A DNA stretch of 64,000 bases from an uncultured delta proteobacterium (GCA_963766715.1 CAVYBH010000012.1:32001-96000), one strand, 5' to 3'; shown: positions 1 through 12,177, counted from the first letter of the stretch. Numbers and translations: made by a program. Notes: generated by a model from the sequence alone, not told the origin.

Positions 1-23
1 TCACCGAGGGCGCATAGCGCCGG

Positions 24-1103
24 ATGGCTCCCGGCATCGCACCCGTTGCGGTAGATGCCATGGGGGGCGACAACGCCCCGGGCGCCATCGTTCAAGGCGC
101 GATTGACGCAGCGCGCAAGGGGCAGGCCGTCATCCTGGTCGGCCCCGAGGAACGGGTGCGCGCGGAGCTCGATCGTCAGCGCGCCAGCTGGAACCTGCCC
201 GTCCAGATCCGGCACGCCCCCGAGGCGGTCGGGATGGACGAGCACCCGGGCCAGGCCATGCGCCGGAAGAAGGCCAGCTCCATCCGGATCGCGCTCGAGC
301 TCGTCCGGGACGGAGAGGCCTCCGCCGCGGTCAGCGCCGGCAACAGCGGCGCGATGATGGCCGGGGCGATGATGGTCCTCGGCTGCGCCGGAGGCGTGCA
401 ACGGCCGGCGATCCTCTCGGTGCTCCCGGCCGCGAAGGGCACGCCGGTGATGCTCGACGCCGGCGCCAACGTCGACTGCAAGCCCCTGCACCTCGTGCAG
501 TTCGCCCTCATGGGCGACGTCTACGCCCGCCGCGTGCTGGGCGTCGCCCGGCCCCGCGTCGCCATCCTGTCGAACGGGGAGGAGGCGTCGAAGGGCACCG
601 TGACGACCCGCGCGGCGTCGGCGGCGCTCGCCCGATCCGGGCTCCGCTTCCAGGGCTACTGCGAGGGGCGCGACCTGCTCCTCGGCGAGATCGACGTCGT
701 CGTGACCGACGGGTTCACCGGGAACGTCGCGCTGAAGACCATGGAGGGCACGGCGCAGGCGCTGGCCGGGATGATGCGCGAGGCGCTGCGGCGCACGCTC
801 CCGGCCCGGCTGGGCAGCGCGCTCGTCAAGACCGCCATCGACGAGATCCGGCGCCGGGTCGACTGGCGGGAGATCGGCGGGGCGCCGTTGCTCGGCGTGG
901 AGGGCGTGGTCGTGATCGCCCACGGCGCCTCCGACCGGCGCGCCATCGCGAACGCGGTGGCCCGGGCGGCCGACGGGGCGCGGGCAGCTTGCACGGAGGA
1001 GATTGGGGAGGCCGCCGCGGTCGGGGCGACCCTGCTCGAGTCGGAGCGAGACGAGGCCGAGGTCGTCACCGGGACGAGGCGCCGCAGGGCGCCCGAGGCG
1101 TGA
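24..1103 (+). CDS. plsX: Phosphate acyltransferase PlsX
   Basis: AVDAMGGDNAP N-terminus, SAGNSGA, DAGANVD, VVTDGFTGNVALK and GGAPLLG motifs; first gene of the fab cluster. Confidence 0.97.
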   Translation: MAPGIAPVAVDAMGGDNAPGAIVQGAIDAARKGQAVILVGPEERVRAELDRQRASWNLPVQIRHAPEAVGMDEHPGQAMRRKKASSIRIALELVRDGEASAAVSAGNSGAMMAGAMMVLGCAGGVQRPAILSVLPAAKGTPVMLDAGANVDCKPLHLVQFALMGDVYARRVLGVARPRVAILSNGEEASKGTVTTRAASAALARSGLRFQGYCEGRDLLLGEIDVVVTDGFTGNVALKTMEGTAQALAGMMREALRRTLPARLGSALVKTAIDEIRRRVDWREIGGAPLLGVEGVVVIAHGASDRRAIANAVARAADGARAACTEEIGEAAAVGATLLESERDEAEVVTGTRRRRAPEA

Positions 1104-1120
1104 GAGGGCAGGAGGAACGC

Positions 1121-2101
1121 ATGCGATCACTCATCGTCGGGACGGGAAGCTACGCGCCGGAGAAGGTGCTCACCAACAAGGACCTCGAGGCCCTGGTGCA
1201 GACGAACGACGAGTGGATCGTCGAGCGCACCGGCATCCGGGAGCGCCACATCGCGGCCCCGACCGAGGCCACGAGCGACCTGGCCCTCAAGGCCTCCCAG
1301 AAGGCCCTCAAGATGGCCGGGGTCCGCCCCGAGGACGTCGACCTCATCGTGGTCGGGACCATCACCCCGGACTACCCGTTCCCCTCGGCCGCGTCCATCC
1401 TCCAGGCCCAGCTCCACAACAAGAAGGCCTTCGCCTTCGACGTGTCGGCGGCCTGCGCCGGGTCCCTCTACGCGCTGTCCATCGCCGACCGCTACGTGTC
1501 GAGCGGGGTCTGTCGCGCCGCGCTCGTCGTGGGCGCGGAGATCCTGACGAGCATCACCGACTGGTCGGACCGGAACACCTGCATCCTCTTCGGCGACGGC
1601 GCCGGAGCCATGGTGCTCGTGCCCACCCAGGATCCGAACCGCGGCCTGCTCTCGACGCACCTGCACACCGACGGCTCCCTCTGGCCCATCCTGTACACGC
1701 CGGGCGGCGGGACCCGGATGCCCATGAGCCAGAAGGTGCTCGACGAGAAGCTCAACACCGTGAAGATGAACGGCCGGGAGGTCTACAAGGTGGCCGTCCG
1801 GGCCCTCGAGGAGGTCTCCCGGGAGGCCCTCGCGGCCAGCGGGCTCCAGCCCAAGGACGTCACCTGGGTCATCGCCCACCAGGCCAACAAGCGCATCCTC
1901 GACTCCACGCTGGAGCGGCTGGGCATTCCCGCCGAGAAGTGCTGGATGAACCTGGAGAAGTATGGCAACACCTCGTCGGCGAGCGTCCCCATGACCCTCG
2001 ACGAGGCCAATCGCGCCGGCTGGTTCAAGCCGGGCGACCTGATCCTCATGATGGCCATCGGCGGCGGCATGGCCTGGGGCAGCGCACTCGTTCGCTGGTA
2101 G
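1121..2101 (+). CDS. fabH: 3-oxoacyl-ACP synthase III
   Basis: ATG at 1121 after GGAGGA; AACAG catalytic Cys, FGDGAGA, HQAN and YGNTSSAS motifs. Confidence 0.97.
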   Translation: MRSLIVGTGSYAPEKVLTNKDLEALVQTNDEWIVERTGIRERHIAAPTEATSDLALKASQKALKMAGVRPEDVDLIVVGTITPDYPFPSAASILQAQLHNKKAFAFDVSAACAGSLYALSIADRYVSSGVCRAALVVGAEILTSITDWSDRNTCILFGDGAGAMVLVPTQDPNRGLLSTHLHTDGSLWPILYTPGGGTRMPMSQKVLDEKLNTVKMNGREVYKVAVRALEEVSREALAASGLQPKDVTWVIAHQANKRILDSTLERLGIPAEKCWMNLEKYGNTSSASVPMTLDEANRAGWFKPGDLILMMAIGGGMAWGSALVRW

Positions 2102-2110
2102 GAGGCGGCC

Positions 2111-3052
2111 TTGTCGAAGCTGGCATTCATCTTTCCCGGACAGGGCTCCCAGGCCACGGGCATGGGCAAGGCGCTCCACGACGCCTTCCCGGAGGCGCGC
2201 GCCGTCTTCGAGGCCGTCGACGCCGCGCTCGGCGAGAAGCTCTCCACCCTCTGCTTCGAGGGGCCGGACGAGAAGCTGAAGCTCACCGCCAACACCCAGC
2301 CCTGCATCCTCACCGTGTCGGCGGCCGCCGCCGCGGTGCTGGCCGCGCGGGGCGTGAAGCCCGACCTGGTCGCCGGCCACTCGCTGGGCGAGTACTCGGC
2401 GCTGGTGGCCGCGGGGGCGCTGTCGGCCGCCGACGCGGCGCGCGCCGTGCGCGCCCGGGGGACCTTCATGCAGGAGGCCGTGCCCGCGGGGCAGGGGGCC
2501 ATGTCGGCCGTGCTCGGGCTGGAGCCGGAGCGCATCCGGCTGATCTGCGAGTCCGTCCAGGCCGCCACCGGCAAGGTGGTGTCCCCCGCCAACTACAACG
2601 ACCCCAACCAGACGGTCATCGCCGGCGAGGCCAGCGCCGTGGCGCTGGCGGGCGAGAAGCTGAAGGAGGCCGGGGCGCGCCGCGTGATGCCGCTGCCGGT
2701 GAGCGCGCCCTTCCACTCGGCCCTCATGGAGCCGGTGAAGGCCCGGCTCGAGCCCGTGCTGCGGGCGATCGCCTGGTCGCAGCCCGCCGTCCCCGTCGTG
2801 ACCAACGTCGAGGCCAAGGCCAACCGCGCCACCGACCGGATCGTCCCGCTGCTCCTCGCCCAGGTCTCGGCCCCCGTCCGCTGGATCGAGAGCGTGCACG
2901 AGCTGGCGCGCCTGGGGGGCGTCAAGGTGATCGAGGTCGGCCCGGGAAACGTGCTGTCGGGCCTCGTGAAGCGAATCGACAAGGCGATCGAGGTACACTC
3001 GGTGTCCGATCCCGCCTCCCTCGAGAAGACCCTCGCCGCGCTCGGAGCCTGA
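2111..3052 (+). CDS. fabD: Malonyl-CoA:ACP transacylase
   Basis: TTG start after GGAGG; FPGQGSQ, GHSLGEY and SAPFHS motifs. Confidence 0.97.
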   Translation: MSKLAFIFPGQGSQATGMGKALHDAFPEARAVFEAVDAALGEKLSTLCFEGPDEKLKLTANTQPCILTVSAAAAAVLAARGVKPDLVAGHSLGEYSALVAAGALSAADAARAVRARGTFMQEAVPAGQGAMSAVLGLEPERIRLICESVQAATGKVVSPANYNDPNQTVIAGEASAVALAGEKLKEAGARRVMPLPVSAPFHSALMEPVKARLEPVLRAIAWSQPAVPVVTNVEAKANRATDRIVPLLLAQVSAPVRWIESVHELARLGGVKVIEVGPGNVLSGLVKRIDKAIEVHSVSDPASLEKTLAALGA

Positions 3053-3054
3053 CC

Positions 3055-3804
3055 GTGTACGACTTCCAGGGAAAGACGGCGCTCGTCACCGGAGCCTCTC
3101 GCGGGATCGGGCGCTCGATCGCGGTGGCGCTGGCCCGCGGCAAGGCCCGGGTCGCCATCAACTACGCCGGGAACCAGGCCGCCGCCGAGGAGTCGCTTCG
3201 CCTCGTCCGGGAGGCCGGCTCGCCCGACGCCCGTCTCTTCCAGTTCGACGTGGCCGACGCCGCGGCCGCCGGCAAGGCGGTGGACGAGGTCGTCTCCTCG
3301 ATGGGCGGGCTCCACATCCTGGTGAACAACGCCGGGGTGGCCCTCGACCAGCTGGTGATGCGGCTCAAGGACGAGGACTGGCAGCGGCAGCTCGACGTGA
3401 ACCTCACCGGGGCGTTCCACCTCATCCGGGCGGCCGCCCGCCCCATGATGAAGGCCCGGGGGGGTGCCATCGTGAACCTGACCTCGGTGGTCGGGGAGAT
3501 GGGAAACGCCGGCCAGGCCGCCTATGCAGCCACCAAGGCGGGGCTGATCGGGCTGACCAAGTCGGTGGCCCGGGAGCTGGCGTCCCGAAACGTGCGGGTG
3601 AACGCGGTCTCTCCCGGCTACATCGATACCGACATGACGGCGGCCCTGCCGGAGGCCGCCAAGCAGAAGATGGCGGAGATGATCCCGCTGGGGCGCCTCG
3701 GCAGCGCCGACGACGTGGCCGCGGCGGTGGCGTGGCTCTGCAGCGACCAGGCCTCCTACGTCACCGGAGAGGTTCTCCGGGTGAACGGTGGCATGCACAT
3801 GTAG
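3055..3804 (+). CDS. fabG: 3-oxoacyl-ACP reductase
   Basis: GTG start; TGASRGIG, NNAG, YAATK and VNGG motifs; C-terminal part of ORF 1003..3804. Confidence 0.95.
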   Translation: MYDFQGKTALVTGASRGIGRSIAVALARGKARVAINYAGNQAAAEESLRLVREAGSPDARLFQFDVADAAAAGKAVDEVVSSMGGLHILVNNAGVALDQLVMRLKDEDWQRQLDVNLTGAFHLIRAAARPMMKARGGAIVNLTSVVGEMGNAGQAAYAATKAGLIGLTKSVARELASRNVRVNAVSPGYIDTDMTAALPEAAKQKMAEMIPLGRLGSADDVAAAVAWLCSDQASYVTGEVLRVNGGMHM

Positions 3805-3855
3805 TTCGGGAATGACCCCGAGACGGACCAACCAGAAGCACAGGAGGAAGCATCG

Positions 3856-4098
3856 ATGACGACGGGCAACGTGGAGCAGAAGGTCAAGGGCATCATCGCC
3901 GAGCAGCTCGGGGTCGCCGAGGACGAGATCAAGACCACCTCGAGCTTCATCGAGGACCTGGGCGCCGACTCGCTCGACATCGTCGAGCTGGTCATGGCCA
4001 TGGAGGAGGAGTTCGAGGTCGAGATCCCCGACGAGGAGGCCGAGAACATCAAGACCGTCCAGGACGCGATCAACTACATCAACACGCACAAGAAGTAG
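3856..4098 (+). CDS. acpP: Acyl carrier protein
   Basis: [12 protein letters not shown] phosphopantetheine site; strong RBS AGGAGGA. Confidence 0.98.
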   Translation: MTTGNVEQKVKGIIAEQLGVAEDEIKTTSSFIEDLGADSLDIVELVMAMEEEFEVEIPDEEAENIKTVQDAINYINTHKK

Positions 4099-4188
4099 CT
4101 CGACGGTCGGCGGCGGGGACCACCACCCGGGCCGGAGGGCCGCGGGAGGGGTCCACGTCCGGCGAAACGACGAGAGGAGGTCGGCAGG

Positions 4189-5430
4189 ATGTCCAGGCGT
4201 CGCGTGGTGGTCACCGGCATGGGACTCGTGTGCCCGGTCGGCATCGGGGTCGAGGAGAGCTGGAAGGCGCTCGTCGCCGGGAAGAGCGGGATCGGGCCGA
4301 TCACCCACTACGACGCTTCCACCTATCCGACGCAAGATCGCCGGCGAGGTGAAGGGCTTCGAGCCCGAGAAGTTCATGGACCGCAAGGAGGTGCGCCGGA
4401 ACGACCGGTTCATCCAGTTCGCGCTGGCGGCGGCCGACATGGCGGTGAAGGACTCCGGCCTCGACTTCGCGAAGGAGAACCCGGAGCGGATCGGCGTCAT
4501 CGTCGGCTCCGGAATGGGAGGCCTCGCCACCATCGAGGACACCCACAAGACGCTCATGGAGCGCGGCGTCCGCAAGGTGAGCCCGTTCTTCATCCCGGCC
4601 ATCATCATCAACCTGGCTCCGGGGCAGATCGCGCTGCGCTGGGGGCTGAAGGGGCCGAACTTCTCGCCGGTGTCCGCCTGCGCCACGGGCAACCACTCCA
4701 TCGGCGACGCCATGATGTACGTCGAGCGCGGCATGGCCGACGTGATGATCGCGGGCGGGACCGAGGCCACCCTCACCCCGCTCGGTCTCGCCGGCTTCTG
4801 CGCCGCCAGGGCCATGTCGGAGCGGAACGACGCCCCGAGAAGGCCAGCCGCCCGTTCGACAAGGGGCGGGACGGCTTCGTGGCCGCCGAGGGCTCGGGGA
4901 TCATCGTCCTCGAGGAGTACGAGCACGCGCGCCAGCGCGGGGCGCGGATCTACGCCGAGCTGTGCGGCTACGGCGCGAGCTGCGACGCGAACCACGTCAC
5001 CTCCCCGGCGCCGGAAGGGGAGGGCGGACAGCGCGCCATGCGCATGGCGCTCGCCGACACGGGGCTGCGTCCCGAGCAGGTCGGCTACGTGAACACCCAC
5101 GGCACGTCCACGCCCCAGGGCGACATCGCCGAGTGCCAGGCCATCCGCAGGGTCTTCGGGGGATGGGCCGACGCCGGCCTGGTGGTCTCCTCGAGCAAGT
5201 CGATGACCGGGCACATGCTGGGCGCCGCCGGAGGGGCCGAGGCGGTCATCGCCCTGAAGGCGCTCGAGACGGGCGTGGTCCCCCCGACCATCAACGTGGA
5301 CGAGCAGGACCCGGAGTGCGTCCTCGACGTGGTGCCGAACGTGGCGCGCCAGGTACGCCTGGACGCCGTCCTCTCCAACAGCTTCGGCTTCGGCGGCACC
5401 AACGCCGTCGTCGCATTCAAGCGGGTCTAG
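4189..5430 (+). CDS. fabF: 3-oxoacyl-ACP synthase II (two apparent indels at ~4335 and ~4835)
   Basis: RRVVVTGMG start; SACATG in ORF 4349..5092; [13 protein letters not shown] and SNSFGFGG in ORF 4189..5430. Confidence 0.95.
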   Translation: MSRRRVVVTGMGLVCPVGIGVEESWKALVAGKSGIGPITHYDASTYPTQDRRRGEGLRAREVHGPQGGAPERPVHPVRAGGGRHGGEGLRPRLREGEPGADRRHRRLRNGRPRHHRGHPQDAHGARRPQGEPVLHPGHHHQPGSGADRAALGAEGAELLAGVRLRHGQPLHRRRHDVRRARHGRRDDRGRDRGHPHPARSRRLLRRQGHVGAERRPEKASRPFDKGRDGFVAAEGSGIIVLEEYEHARQRGARIYAELCGYGASCDANHVTSPAPEGEGGQRAMRMALADTGLRPEQVGYVNTHGTSTPQGDIAECQAIRRVFGGWADAGLVVSSSKSMTGHMLGAAGGAEAVIALKALETGVVPPTINVDEQDPECVLDVVPNVARQVRLDAVLSNSFGFGGTNAVVAFKRV

Positions 5431-5439
5431 GAGCGAGGC

Positions 5440-5883
5440 ATGGCCGATCGGATCGTCTTCGGTTCCGACCACGCCGGGCTGGCCCTGCGCGCGGAGGCGA
5501 TCCGCGTCGCCCGCGAGGCCGGGTTCGAGGTCGACGACCTGGGGCCCTTCTCGGCCGAGAGCGTCGACTACCCGGACCTCGCCGCGCGCGTGGGCGCGGC
5601 GGTGGTGGGCGGGAGCGCCCGCCTCGGCGTGCTCGTCTGCGGGACCGGCATCGGGATGTCCATCGCCGCCAACAAGCTGAAGGGCATCCGCGCGGCCCAC
5701 TGCACCACCGAGTTCGAGGCCCGGATGGCCCGGGCCCACAACGACGCCAACGTCCTGTGCGTGGGCGAGCGGGTGATCGGGCTCGGACTGGGCGGCGCGG
5801 TCGTCGCCGCCTTCCTCGCCCAGCCCTTCGAGGGCGGTCGCCACCAGCGCCGGGTGGACAAGATCTCGGCGCTCGACCGCTGA
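5440..5883 (+). CDS. rpiB: Ribose-5-phosphate isomerase B
   Basis: GSDHAG, VDYPD, CGTGIG, HNDAN and FEGGRH motifs. Confidence 0.97.
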   Translation: MADRIVFGSDHAGLALRAEAIRVAREAGFEVDDLGPFSAESVDYPDLAARVGAAVVGGSARLGVLVCGTGIGMSIAANKLKGIRAAHCTTEFEARMARAHNDANVLCVGERVIGLGLGGAVVAAFLAQPFEGGRHQRRVDKISALDR

Positions 5884-5925
5884 CCCGTTTGCGCGGTATG
5901 TAGCGCCCTTCCCAGGAGCGTCCCC

Positions 5926-7179
5926 ATGATGCCGACCCAGCGCCTCTCCGAGGCGGATCCCGAGATCGCGCGGCTCGTCCGCGAGGAGACCCGGCGCCAG
6001 GCCGATGGGCTCGAGCTCATCGCCAGCGAGAACTTCGTCTCCCCGGCGGTGATGGAGGCCACCGGCTCGGCCCTCACCAACAAGTACGCCGAGGGGTACC
6101 CGGGCAAGCGCTACTACGGCGGCTGCGAGGTCGTGGACCAGGTGGAGCAGCTGGCCATCGACCGCGCCAAGAAGCTCTTCGGCGCCGACCACGCCAACGT
6201 GCAGCCCCACTCGGGCTCGCAGGCCAACATGGCGGCCTACTTCGCGCTGGCGCAGCCCGGCGACACGCTGCTCGCCATGAGCCTCAACTTCGGCGGACAC
6301 CTCACCCACGGGTCCCCGGTCAACTTCTCGGGGCGCCTCTTCAAGATCGTCCCGTACGGCCTGCGCCAGTCGGACGAGACCATCGACGTCGACGAGGTCC
6401 GCCGCCTCGCCCTCGAGCACAAGCCGCGGATCCTGGTGGTGGGCGCGAGCGCCTACCCGAGAACCCTCCACTTCGACCGCTTCGCCGAGATCGCCCGGGA
6501 GGTCGGGGCGGCCATGGTGGTGGACATGGCCCACATCGCCGGCCTGGTGGCCGCGGGGCTGCACCCGAACCCGGTGCCCCACGCCGACATCGTCACCACC
6601 ACGACCCACAAGACCCTGCGCGGCCCCCGCAGCGGGCTCATCCTCTGCCGGGAGGCCCACGCCAAGGCCGTGAACAGCCAGATCTTCCCGGGCATCCAGG
6701 GCGGCCCCCTCGAGCACGTGGTGGCGGCCAAGGCAGTGGCCTTCCACGAGGCGCTCCAGCCCTCCTTCCGCGCCTACCAGCAGCAGATCCTCGACAACGC
6801 GAAGGCGCTGGCCGAGGGGCTCGTGGCGGCGGGGCTGCGGCTGGTGTCCGGCGGCACCGACAACCACCTCATGCTGGTCGACCTCCGGCCCAAGAAGCTG
6901 AACGGCAAGATCGCCGAGGAGGCGCTCGGCAAGGCCGGCATCACCGTGAACAAGAACATGATCCCGTGGGACCCCGAGAAGCCGTTCGTCACCTCCGGGA
7001 TCCGCGTCGGCACGCCGGCGCTCACCACGCGGGGCATGGGCATCGCCGAGATGCGGAAGGTCGCCTCCCTCATCGGCCGGGTCCTCGACGCGCCCGCCGA
7101 CGACGCGCTCCTCGCCCGGATCAAGGGCGAGGTCCACGAGCTCACGCGCCAGTTCCCTCTCTACCCCGACCGGATCTGA
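5926..7179 (+). CDS. glyA: Serine hydroxymethyltransferase
   Basis: [20 protein letters not shown] and [11 protein letters not shown] motifs. Confidence 0.98.
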   Translation: MMPTQRLSEADPEIARLVREETRRQADGLELIASENFVSPAVMEATGSALTNKYAEGYPGKRYYGGCEVVDQVEQLAIDRAKKLFGADHANVQPHSGSQANMAAYFALAQPGDTLLAMSLNFGGHLTHGSPVNFSGRLFKIVPYGLRQSDETIDVDEVRRLALEHKPRILVVGASAYPRTLHFDRFAEIAREVGAAMVVDMAHIAGLVAAGLHPNPVPHADIVTTTTHKTLRGPRSGLILCREAHAKAVNSQIFPGIQGGPLEHVVAAKAVAFHEALQPSFRAYQQQILDNAKALAEGLVAAGLRLVSGGTDNHLMLVDLRPKKLNGKIAEEALGKAGITVNKNMIPWDPEKPFVTSGIRVGTPALTTRGMGIAEMRKVASLIGRVLDAPADDALLARIKGEVHELTRQFPLYPDRI

Positions 7180-7207
7180 TCGGCGGGCCCGGGGAGACGC
7201 CGAAAGA

Positions 7208-7663
7208 ATGCGCTGCCCCTTCTGTGGCCACCTCGAGGACCGGGTCGTCGACTCGCGCGAGGCGCAGGACGGCCAGGCCACGCGCCGGCGGCGCGAGTGC
7301 CTGGGTTGCGAGCGGCGCTTCACCACCTACGAGCGCGTCGAGGAGAGCCTGCCTGCGCTCGTGAAGAAGGACGGGAGGCGCGAGTCCTTCGACCGCCGCA
7401 AGGTGCTCGAGGGGCTCCGGCGTGCCTGCCAGAAGCGCCCCGTGTCCCAGGAGCGGATCGATCAGATGGCGACCCAGGTCGAGCGCCGGCTCCAGGAGTC
7501 GGGCGAGCGCGAGGTCCGGTCGAGCGCGGTCGGCGAGCTGGTGATGGAGCTCCTGCGAGCCGAGGACCCGGTGGCCTACGTGCGGTTCGCCTCGGTCTAC
7601 CGCGACTTCCGCGACGTGGGGGAGTTCACCGCCGCCGTCGAGGGACTGCAGGGGAAGAAATGA
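7208..7663 (+). CDS. nrdR: Transcriptional repressor NrdR
   Basis: MRCPFC..RRRREC..C zinc ribbon, ATP cone, AYVRFASVY. Confidence 0.97.
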   Translation: MRCPFCGHLEDRVVDSREAQDGQATRRRRECLGCERRFTTYERVEESLPALVKKDGRRESFDRRKVLEGLRRACQKRPVSQERIDQMATQVERRLQESGEREVRSSAVGELVMELLRAEDPVAYVRFASVYRDFRDVGEFTAAVEGLQGKK

Positions 7664-8778
7664 GCGGGACCCCGGCCCAGGAGCGGTACATGCGGCTGGC
7701 GCTGCGGGAGGCCCGTCGCGGGCTCGGCCGCACCAGCCCGAACCCGGCCGTGGGTGCGGTCCTCGTGAAGGGCGGGCGCGTGGTGGGCCGAGGGCATCAC
7801 GCCCGGGCCGGCTCGCCGCACGCCGAGGTCGTCGCCATCCGGGACGCCGGGGCGAAGGCCCGAGGCGCGGACCTCTACACGACGCTCGAGCCGTGCGACC
7901 ACTTCGGGCGGACGCCGCCGTGCAGCCTGGCCATCCTCGAGGCGGGCGTGCGCCGCGTGTTCTCCGGATCGGGCGACCCCAACCCCCGCGTGAACGGCAA
8001 GGGCATCCGGCGCCTGCGGCGGGGCGGGGTCGAGGTCGAGACCGGCGTCCTCCGCGCCGACTGCGACGCGCTGAACGAGACCTGGTTCCGCTTCATCACC
8101 TCCGGGCGCCCGCACGTCACCATGAAGGTGGCCTCCACGCTCGACGGGCGCATCGCCACGACCACGGGCGACTCCCGCTGGGTCACGGGCCCCGAGGCGC
8201 GCGCCCACGTCCATCGCCTGCGGAACGGCGTCGACGCCGTGCTGGTGGGCGCAGGGACCGCCCGGGCGGACGACCCCCGCCTGACCGCCCGGCTTCCCGG
8301 CGGCAGGGGCCGCGACCCGCTCCGCGTCGTCCTCGACTCGCGGCTGGAACTGCCGCGCACGCTTCGGCTCTTCCGGCAGCGCTCCGAGGCGCCCACGGTG
8401 GTGGCCCATGTCTCCGGCGAACCACCGGCGAGGCCGCCGCGCGGAGTCGAGTACCTGCGCTGCCGCTCCAGGAAGGGCAAGGTGGACCTGCGCGACCTGC
8501 TCGAGCGCCTGGCCGGGCGCGGCGTCACCACGCTGCTCGTGGAGGGCGGCGCCGAGGTGAACCGGGCCTTCCTCGACGCCGGCGTCGTCGACGTGCTGCT
8601 GCTCTTCCTGGCCCCGAAGATCGCCGGCGGCGGGATCGCCTGGGTGGGCGGCGACGGGCCGGCGCGGATGGCGGATGCCCTGCTGCTGCGCGATCTCCGC
8701 GTCCGGCGGCTGGGTCCCGACCTCCTCGTCTCCGGCCGCCCGGCCCCGAAAGGTGATCGAACCTCCCGCGTGGACTAA
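7660..8778 (+). CDS. ribD: Riboflavin biosynthesis deaminase/reductase RibD
   Basis: PNPAVG, HAE, LEPCxHxGRTPPC and VEGG motifs; ATG overlaps the nrdR stop. Confidence 0.96.
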   Translation: MSGTPAQERYMRLALREARRGLGRTSPNPAVGAVLVKGGRVVGRGHHARAGSPHAEVVAIRDAGAKARGADLYTTLEPCDHFGRTPPCSLAILEAGVRRVFSGSGDPNPRVNGKGIRRLRRGGVEVETGVLRADCDALNETWFRFITSGRPHVTMKVASTLDGRIATTTGDSRWVTGPEARAHVHRLRNGVDAVLVGAGTARADDPRLTARLPGGRGRDPLRVVLDSRLELPRTLRLFRQRSEAPTVVAHVSGEPPARPPRGVEYLRCRSRKGKVDLRDLLERLAGRGVTTLLVEGGAEVNRAFLDAGVVDVLLLFLAPKIAGGGIAWVGGDGPARMADALLLRDLRVRRLGPDLLVSGRPAPKGDRTSRVD

Positions 8779-8790
8779 GATCTCGCACCG

Positions 8791-9444
8791 ATGTTCACCG
8801 GACTCGTCAGCGACATGGGAGTGGTGGAGCGGCTCGAGCCGCGGGCCGGAGGTGCGCGCGTCACCATCCGCCCCGGGACGATGCCCGTCGACGACCTCGC
8901 GCTGGGCGAGAGCGTGGCCTGCAACGGCGCCTGCCTGACGGTGGTGGAGCGGGGCGGGGGGCGGATGTCCTTCGACGCAGTCCCGGAGACCCTGGCCCGG
9001 ACCACGCTCGGAAGCTGGCGGTCCGGCACGCGCGTGAACCTGGAGCGAGCCCTGCGGCTGTCCGACCGCCTGGGTGGTCACCTGGTCCAGGGGCACGTGG
9101 ATGCGGTCGGCCAGGTGCTCGGGCGCGTGGCCGAGGGACAGGGCGCGCGGCTCACCATCTCGCTGCCGCCGGCCCTGGCGCCGCTGGTCGCCGAGAAGGG
9201 CTCGATCGCCATCGACGGGGTCTCCCTCACCGTGGCCCGTGCGGACCGGGACCGGTTCGAGGTGGCGCTCATCCCGGAGACCCTGTCCCGCACCGTGCTC
9301 GGCGCCGCGGCGCCCGGGACCCCGGTCAACCTGGAGGTCGACGTCGTGGCCCGCCACGTGGCCCGGTTGCGCGAATTCGCCGGCTCGCCCGGCATCTCGG
9401 AGGGTTCATTGAAGGACTGGGGCTACGGCGGAGGTCGCTCGTGA
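8791..9444 (+). CDS. ribE: Riboflavin synthase (alpha chain)
   Basis: MFTGLV N-terminus, [24 protein letters not shown]. Confidence 0.96.
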   Translation: MFTGLVSDMGVVERLEPRAGGARVTIRPGTMPVDDLALGESVACNGACLTVVERGGGRMSFDAVPETLARTTLGSWRSGTRVNLERALRLSDRLGGHLVQGHVDAVGQVLGRVAEGQGARLTISLPPALAPLVAEKGSIAIDGVSLTVARADRDRFEVALIPETLSRTVLGAAAPGTPVNLEVDVVARHVARLREFAGSPGISEGSLKDWGYGGGRS

Positions 9445-10725
9445 CGCGACACGCGCAGCACGCGGTGGAGCGCATCGAGGCGGCTCTCGAGGCGCTGCGG
9501 CGCGGGAAGATGATCATCCTCGTCGACGACGAGGACCGGGAGAACGAGGGCGATCTCTGCATCGCCGCGGAGAAGGTGACGCCCACGGCGGTGAACTTCA
9601 TGGCCAAGTACGGGCGTGGCCTGATCTGCCTGGCCATGACCGAGGAGAAGGTCCGCTCGCTCGACCTGCCGCTCATGGTGCCGGAAGGGGAGAACGCCTC
9701 GAGCTTCGGGACCGCCTTCACGGTCTCCATCGAGGCGGCCCGCGGCGTCTCCACCGGCATCAGCGCCAAGGATCGGGCGCACACCATCCTCACCGCGGTG
9801 GCGGACGACGCGAAGCCGGAGGACCTGGTCCGGCCCGGGCCACGTCTTCCCGCTCCGGGCCCGGCGCGGCGGCGTGCTCGTGCGCGCCGGCCAGACCGAG
9901 GGTTCCGTGGACCTGTCGCGGCTGGCGGGCCTGAACCCGTCGGCGGTCATCTGCGAGATCATGAACGACGACGGGACCATGTCCCGCATGCCCGAGCTGC
10001 AGAAGCTGGCCCGGGAGCACGACATCCCCATCGCGTCGGTGGCCGACCTCATCTCCTACCGGATCATGAAGGACTCGCTGGTCCGGCGGGCCTCCGCCGC
10101 GCCCTTGCCCACCCACTACGGCAAGTTCACCGCGGTCGCCTACGAGAACGACGTCGACAAGAACCAGCACGTGGCGCTCGTCATGGGGACCTGGAAGCCG
10201 GGGCAGCCGGTGCTGGTCCGCGTCCACTCGAAGTGCCTGACCGGCGACGTGTTCGGCAGCGCCCGGTGCGACTGCGGCCCGCAGCTGCACGCGGCGCTCC
10301 GGCAGATCGCCCGCGCCGGGAAGGGCGTCCTCGTCTACCTCGACCAGGAGGGGCGCGGGATCGGGCTCGTCAACAAGCTCAAGGCCTACAACCTCCAGGA
10401 CCAGGGGCTCGACACCGCCGAGGCCAACGTCCGGCTGGGCTTCAAGCCCGACCTGCGCGACTACGGCATCGGGGCCCAGATCCTCCGCGAGCTGGGCGTC
10501 GGCAAGATGCGCCTGCTCACCAACAACCCGAAGAAGATCGTCGGGCTGGAGGGGTACGGGCTCGAGGTGGTGGAACGGGTTCCCATCGAGACGCCCCCGT
10601 CGAAGGGCAACCGCGCCTACCTGCGCACGAAGCGCGACAAGATGGGTCACCTGCTCACGCTGGCGCCTGCCCGGGCCCGCAAGGGAAAGTCCGCGCGGCG
10701 CGCGGCCAAGGGAGGAAGGACATGA
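9441..10725 (+). CDS. ribBA: Bifunctional DHBP synthase / GTP cyclohydrolase II (indel ~9840)
   Basis: [10 protein letters not shown] in ORF 9441; [28 protein letters not shown] and LLTNNP in ORF 9874..10725. Confidence 0.95.
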
Positions 10726-11195
10726 ACGTCCACGAGGGAAACCTGGTCGGCCAGGGCCTGCGCTTCGCGATCGTGGTGTCGCGCTTCAACTCGCTCGTCA
10801 CCGAGCAGCTGCTCTCCGGCGCGCTCGACGCGCTCCGGCGGCACGGCGTGGAGGACGGCAAGGTGGAGGTCTACCGGTGCCCGGGGACCTTCGAGATCCC
10901 GGCCGTGATGCGCCGGGTGGCCCGCAGCAACCGCTACGACGCGGCGGTGGCGCTCGGCGCGGTGATCCGCGGCGGGACCCCGCACTTCGAGTACGTGGCG
11001 AGCGAGGTGTCGAAGGGCGTGGCCCAGGTCTCCATGGAGGCCGAGTGCGCCGTGGGCTTCGGCGTCCTCACCTGCGACACGATGGAGCAGGCGCTGGAGC
11101 GCGCGGGCGTCAAGGGCGGCAACAAGGGCGCCGAGGCCGCCGTGGCCGCCATCGAGCAGGCCAACCTCTTCCGGGCCATCGCCGGGAAGAAGTAG
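10722..11195 (+). CDS. ribH: 6,7-dimethyl-8-ribityllumazine synthase
   Basis: [28 protein letters not shown] and GNKG motifs; RBS GGAGGA. Confidence 0.97.
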   Translation: MNVHEGNLVGQGLRFAIVVSRFNSLVTEQLLSGALDALRRHGVEDGKVEVYRCPGTFEIPAVMRRVARSNRYDAAVALGAVIRGGTPHFEYVASEVSKGVAQVSMEAECAVGFGVLTCDTMEQALERAGVKGGNKGAEAAVAAIEQANLFRAIAGKK

Positions 11196-11202
11196 GACGG
11201 AC

Positions 11203-11647
11203 ATGTCCCACACCCGACGCACCAAGTCCCGGGAGCGCGCCCTGCAGGCGCTCTACCAGATCGACGTGGCCGCCACCGACCTCGACGAGGCCCTGGCCCG
11301 CTTCTGGCCGAGCTTCGAGCCGGTGGAGCGGGAGGTGCGCGAGGGGGCCGAGGAACTGGTCCGCGGCGTGGCCCAGCACCGGCGGGAGATCGACGAGGCC
11401 ATCGAGCAGGTGTCCACCAACTGGCGCATGGACCGCATGGCCAAGGTGGACCGCAACGTCCTGCGCCTGGCCGTCTTCGAGCTTCGCTGGCGCGCCGACG
11501 TGCCCGGTCAAGGTGGTCATGAACGAGGCCATCGAGCTCGGCAAGAAGTACGGCAGCGAGAGCTCGGCCGCCTTCGTGAACGGCGTTCTCGACCGCGTCG
11601 CCTCGGGCCTGCCGGCCGAGCGGCGCGGAGACGGACCGGCCCGGTGA
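11203..11647 (+). CDS. nusB: Transcription antitermination factor NusB (indel ~11505)
   Basis: [10 protein letters not shown] and NWRMDRM..VDRNVLR; then [18 protein letters not shown] in the shifted frame; follows ribH. Confidence 0.93.
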
Positions 11648-12166
11648 CCCTGCGGGTCGAGGTCGCCGACCTGTCGCTCGGGTCGCTCGACGCCCTGGAG
11701 GTCGACTCGCTGGGGGCCTTCGTGGGGGCGGAGCGTCCGCTCGGCGGCCTGGCCGCGCTGCTCGACTGGCGCCTCGCCGGGGCCGTCTCGCGGGCCATCC
11801 TGGCGGGCACCGTCACCCCGGAGCACGGGGAGGCGCTGCTCCTGCCCACGGGCGGGCGCCTGCGGGCCGCCCGCGTCTTCCTCTTCGGCGTGGACGACCC
11901 CGCGCTCCGCCCGGCCGTCCTGGCGGTCCGGCGCGCCTGCGAGGCCCTGCGGCGGGCCGGGTGCCGGTCCGTGGGGCTCTCGCTCCCCGGCGTCCAGCCC
12001 CTGCCCGCGATGGCGCGCGCCTGGCTCGAGGCGGCCGAGGGGGCCGGCTTCGCGCGGCAGGTGGTGCTCGGCGACGTCCGCGCGCTTCCCGGGGCCCTGG
12101 AGGGCGCCGCGCGCGAACTGGGAATCCCGATCGAGGTGAGCCGGATGTCGCCCCGGGTGGATCCGC

Positions 12167-12177
<11 letters not shown>
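11644..12177 (+). CDS. Stand-alone peptidase M17 N-terminal-like domain protein
   Basis: GTG overlapping the nusB stop; [26 protein letters not shown] pattern; no catalytic domain. Confidence 0.65.

Noticed and set aside
7180..8790. FMN riboswitch for the rib genes or SAM riboswitch for metF
   Set aside because: No intergenic space or consensus motifs upstream of ribD, ribE or metF
4189..11647. fabF, ribBA and nusB as pseudogenes or recoding sites
   Set aside because: Conserved core genes with intact motifs and no slippery-site signature; indel errors are more parsimonious
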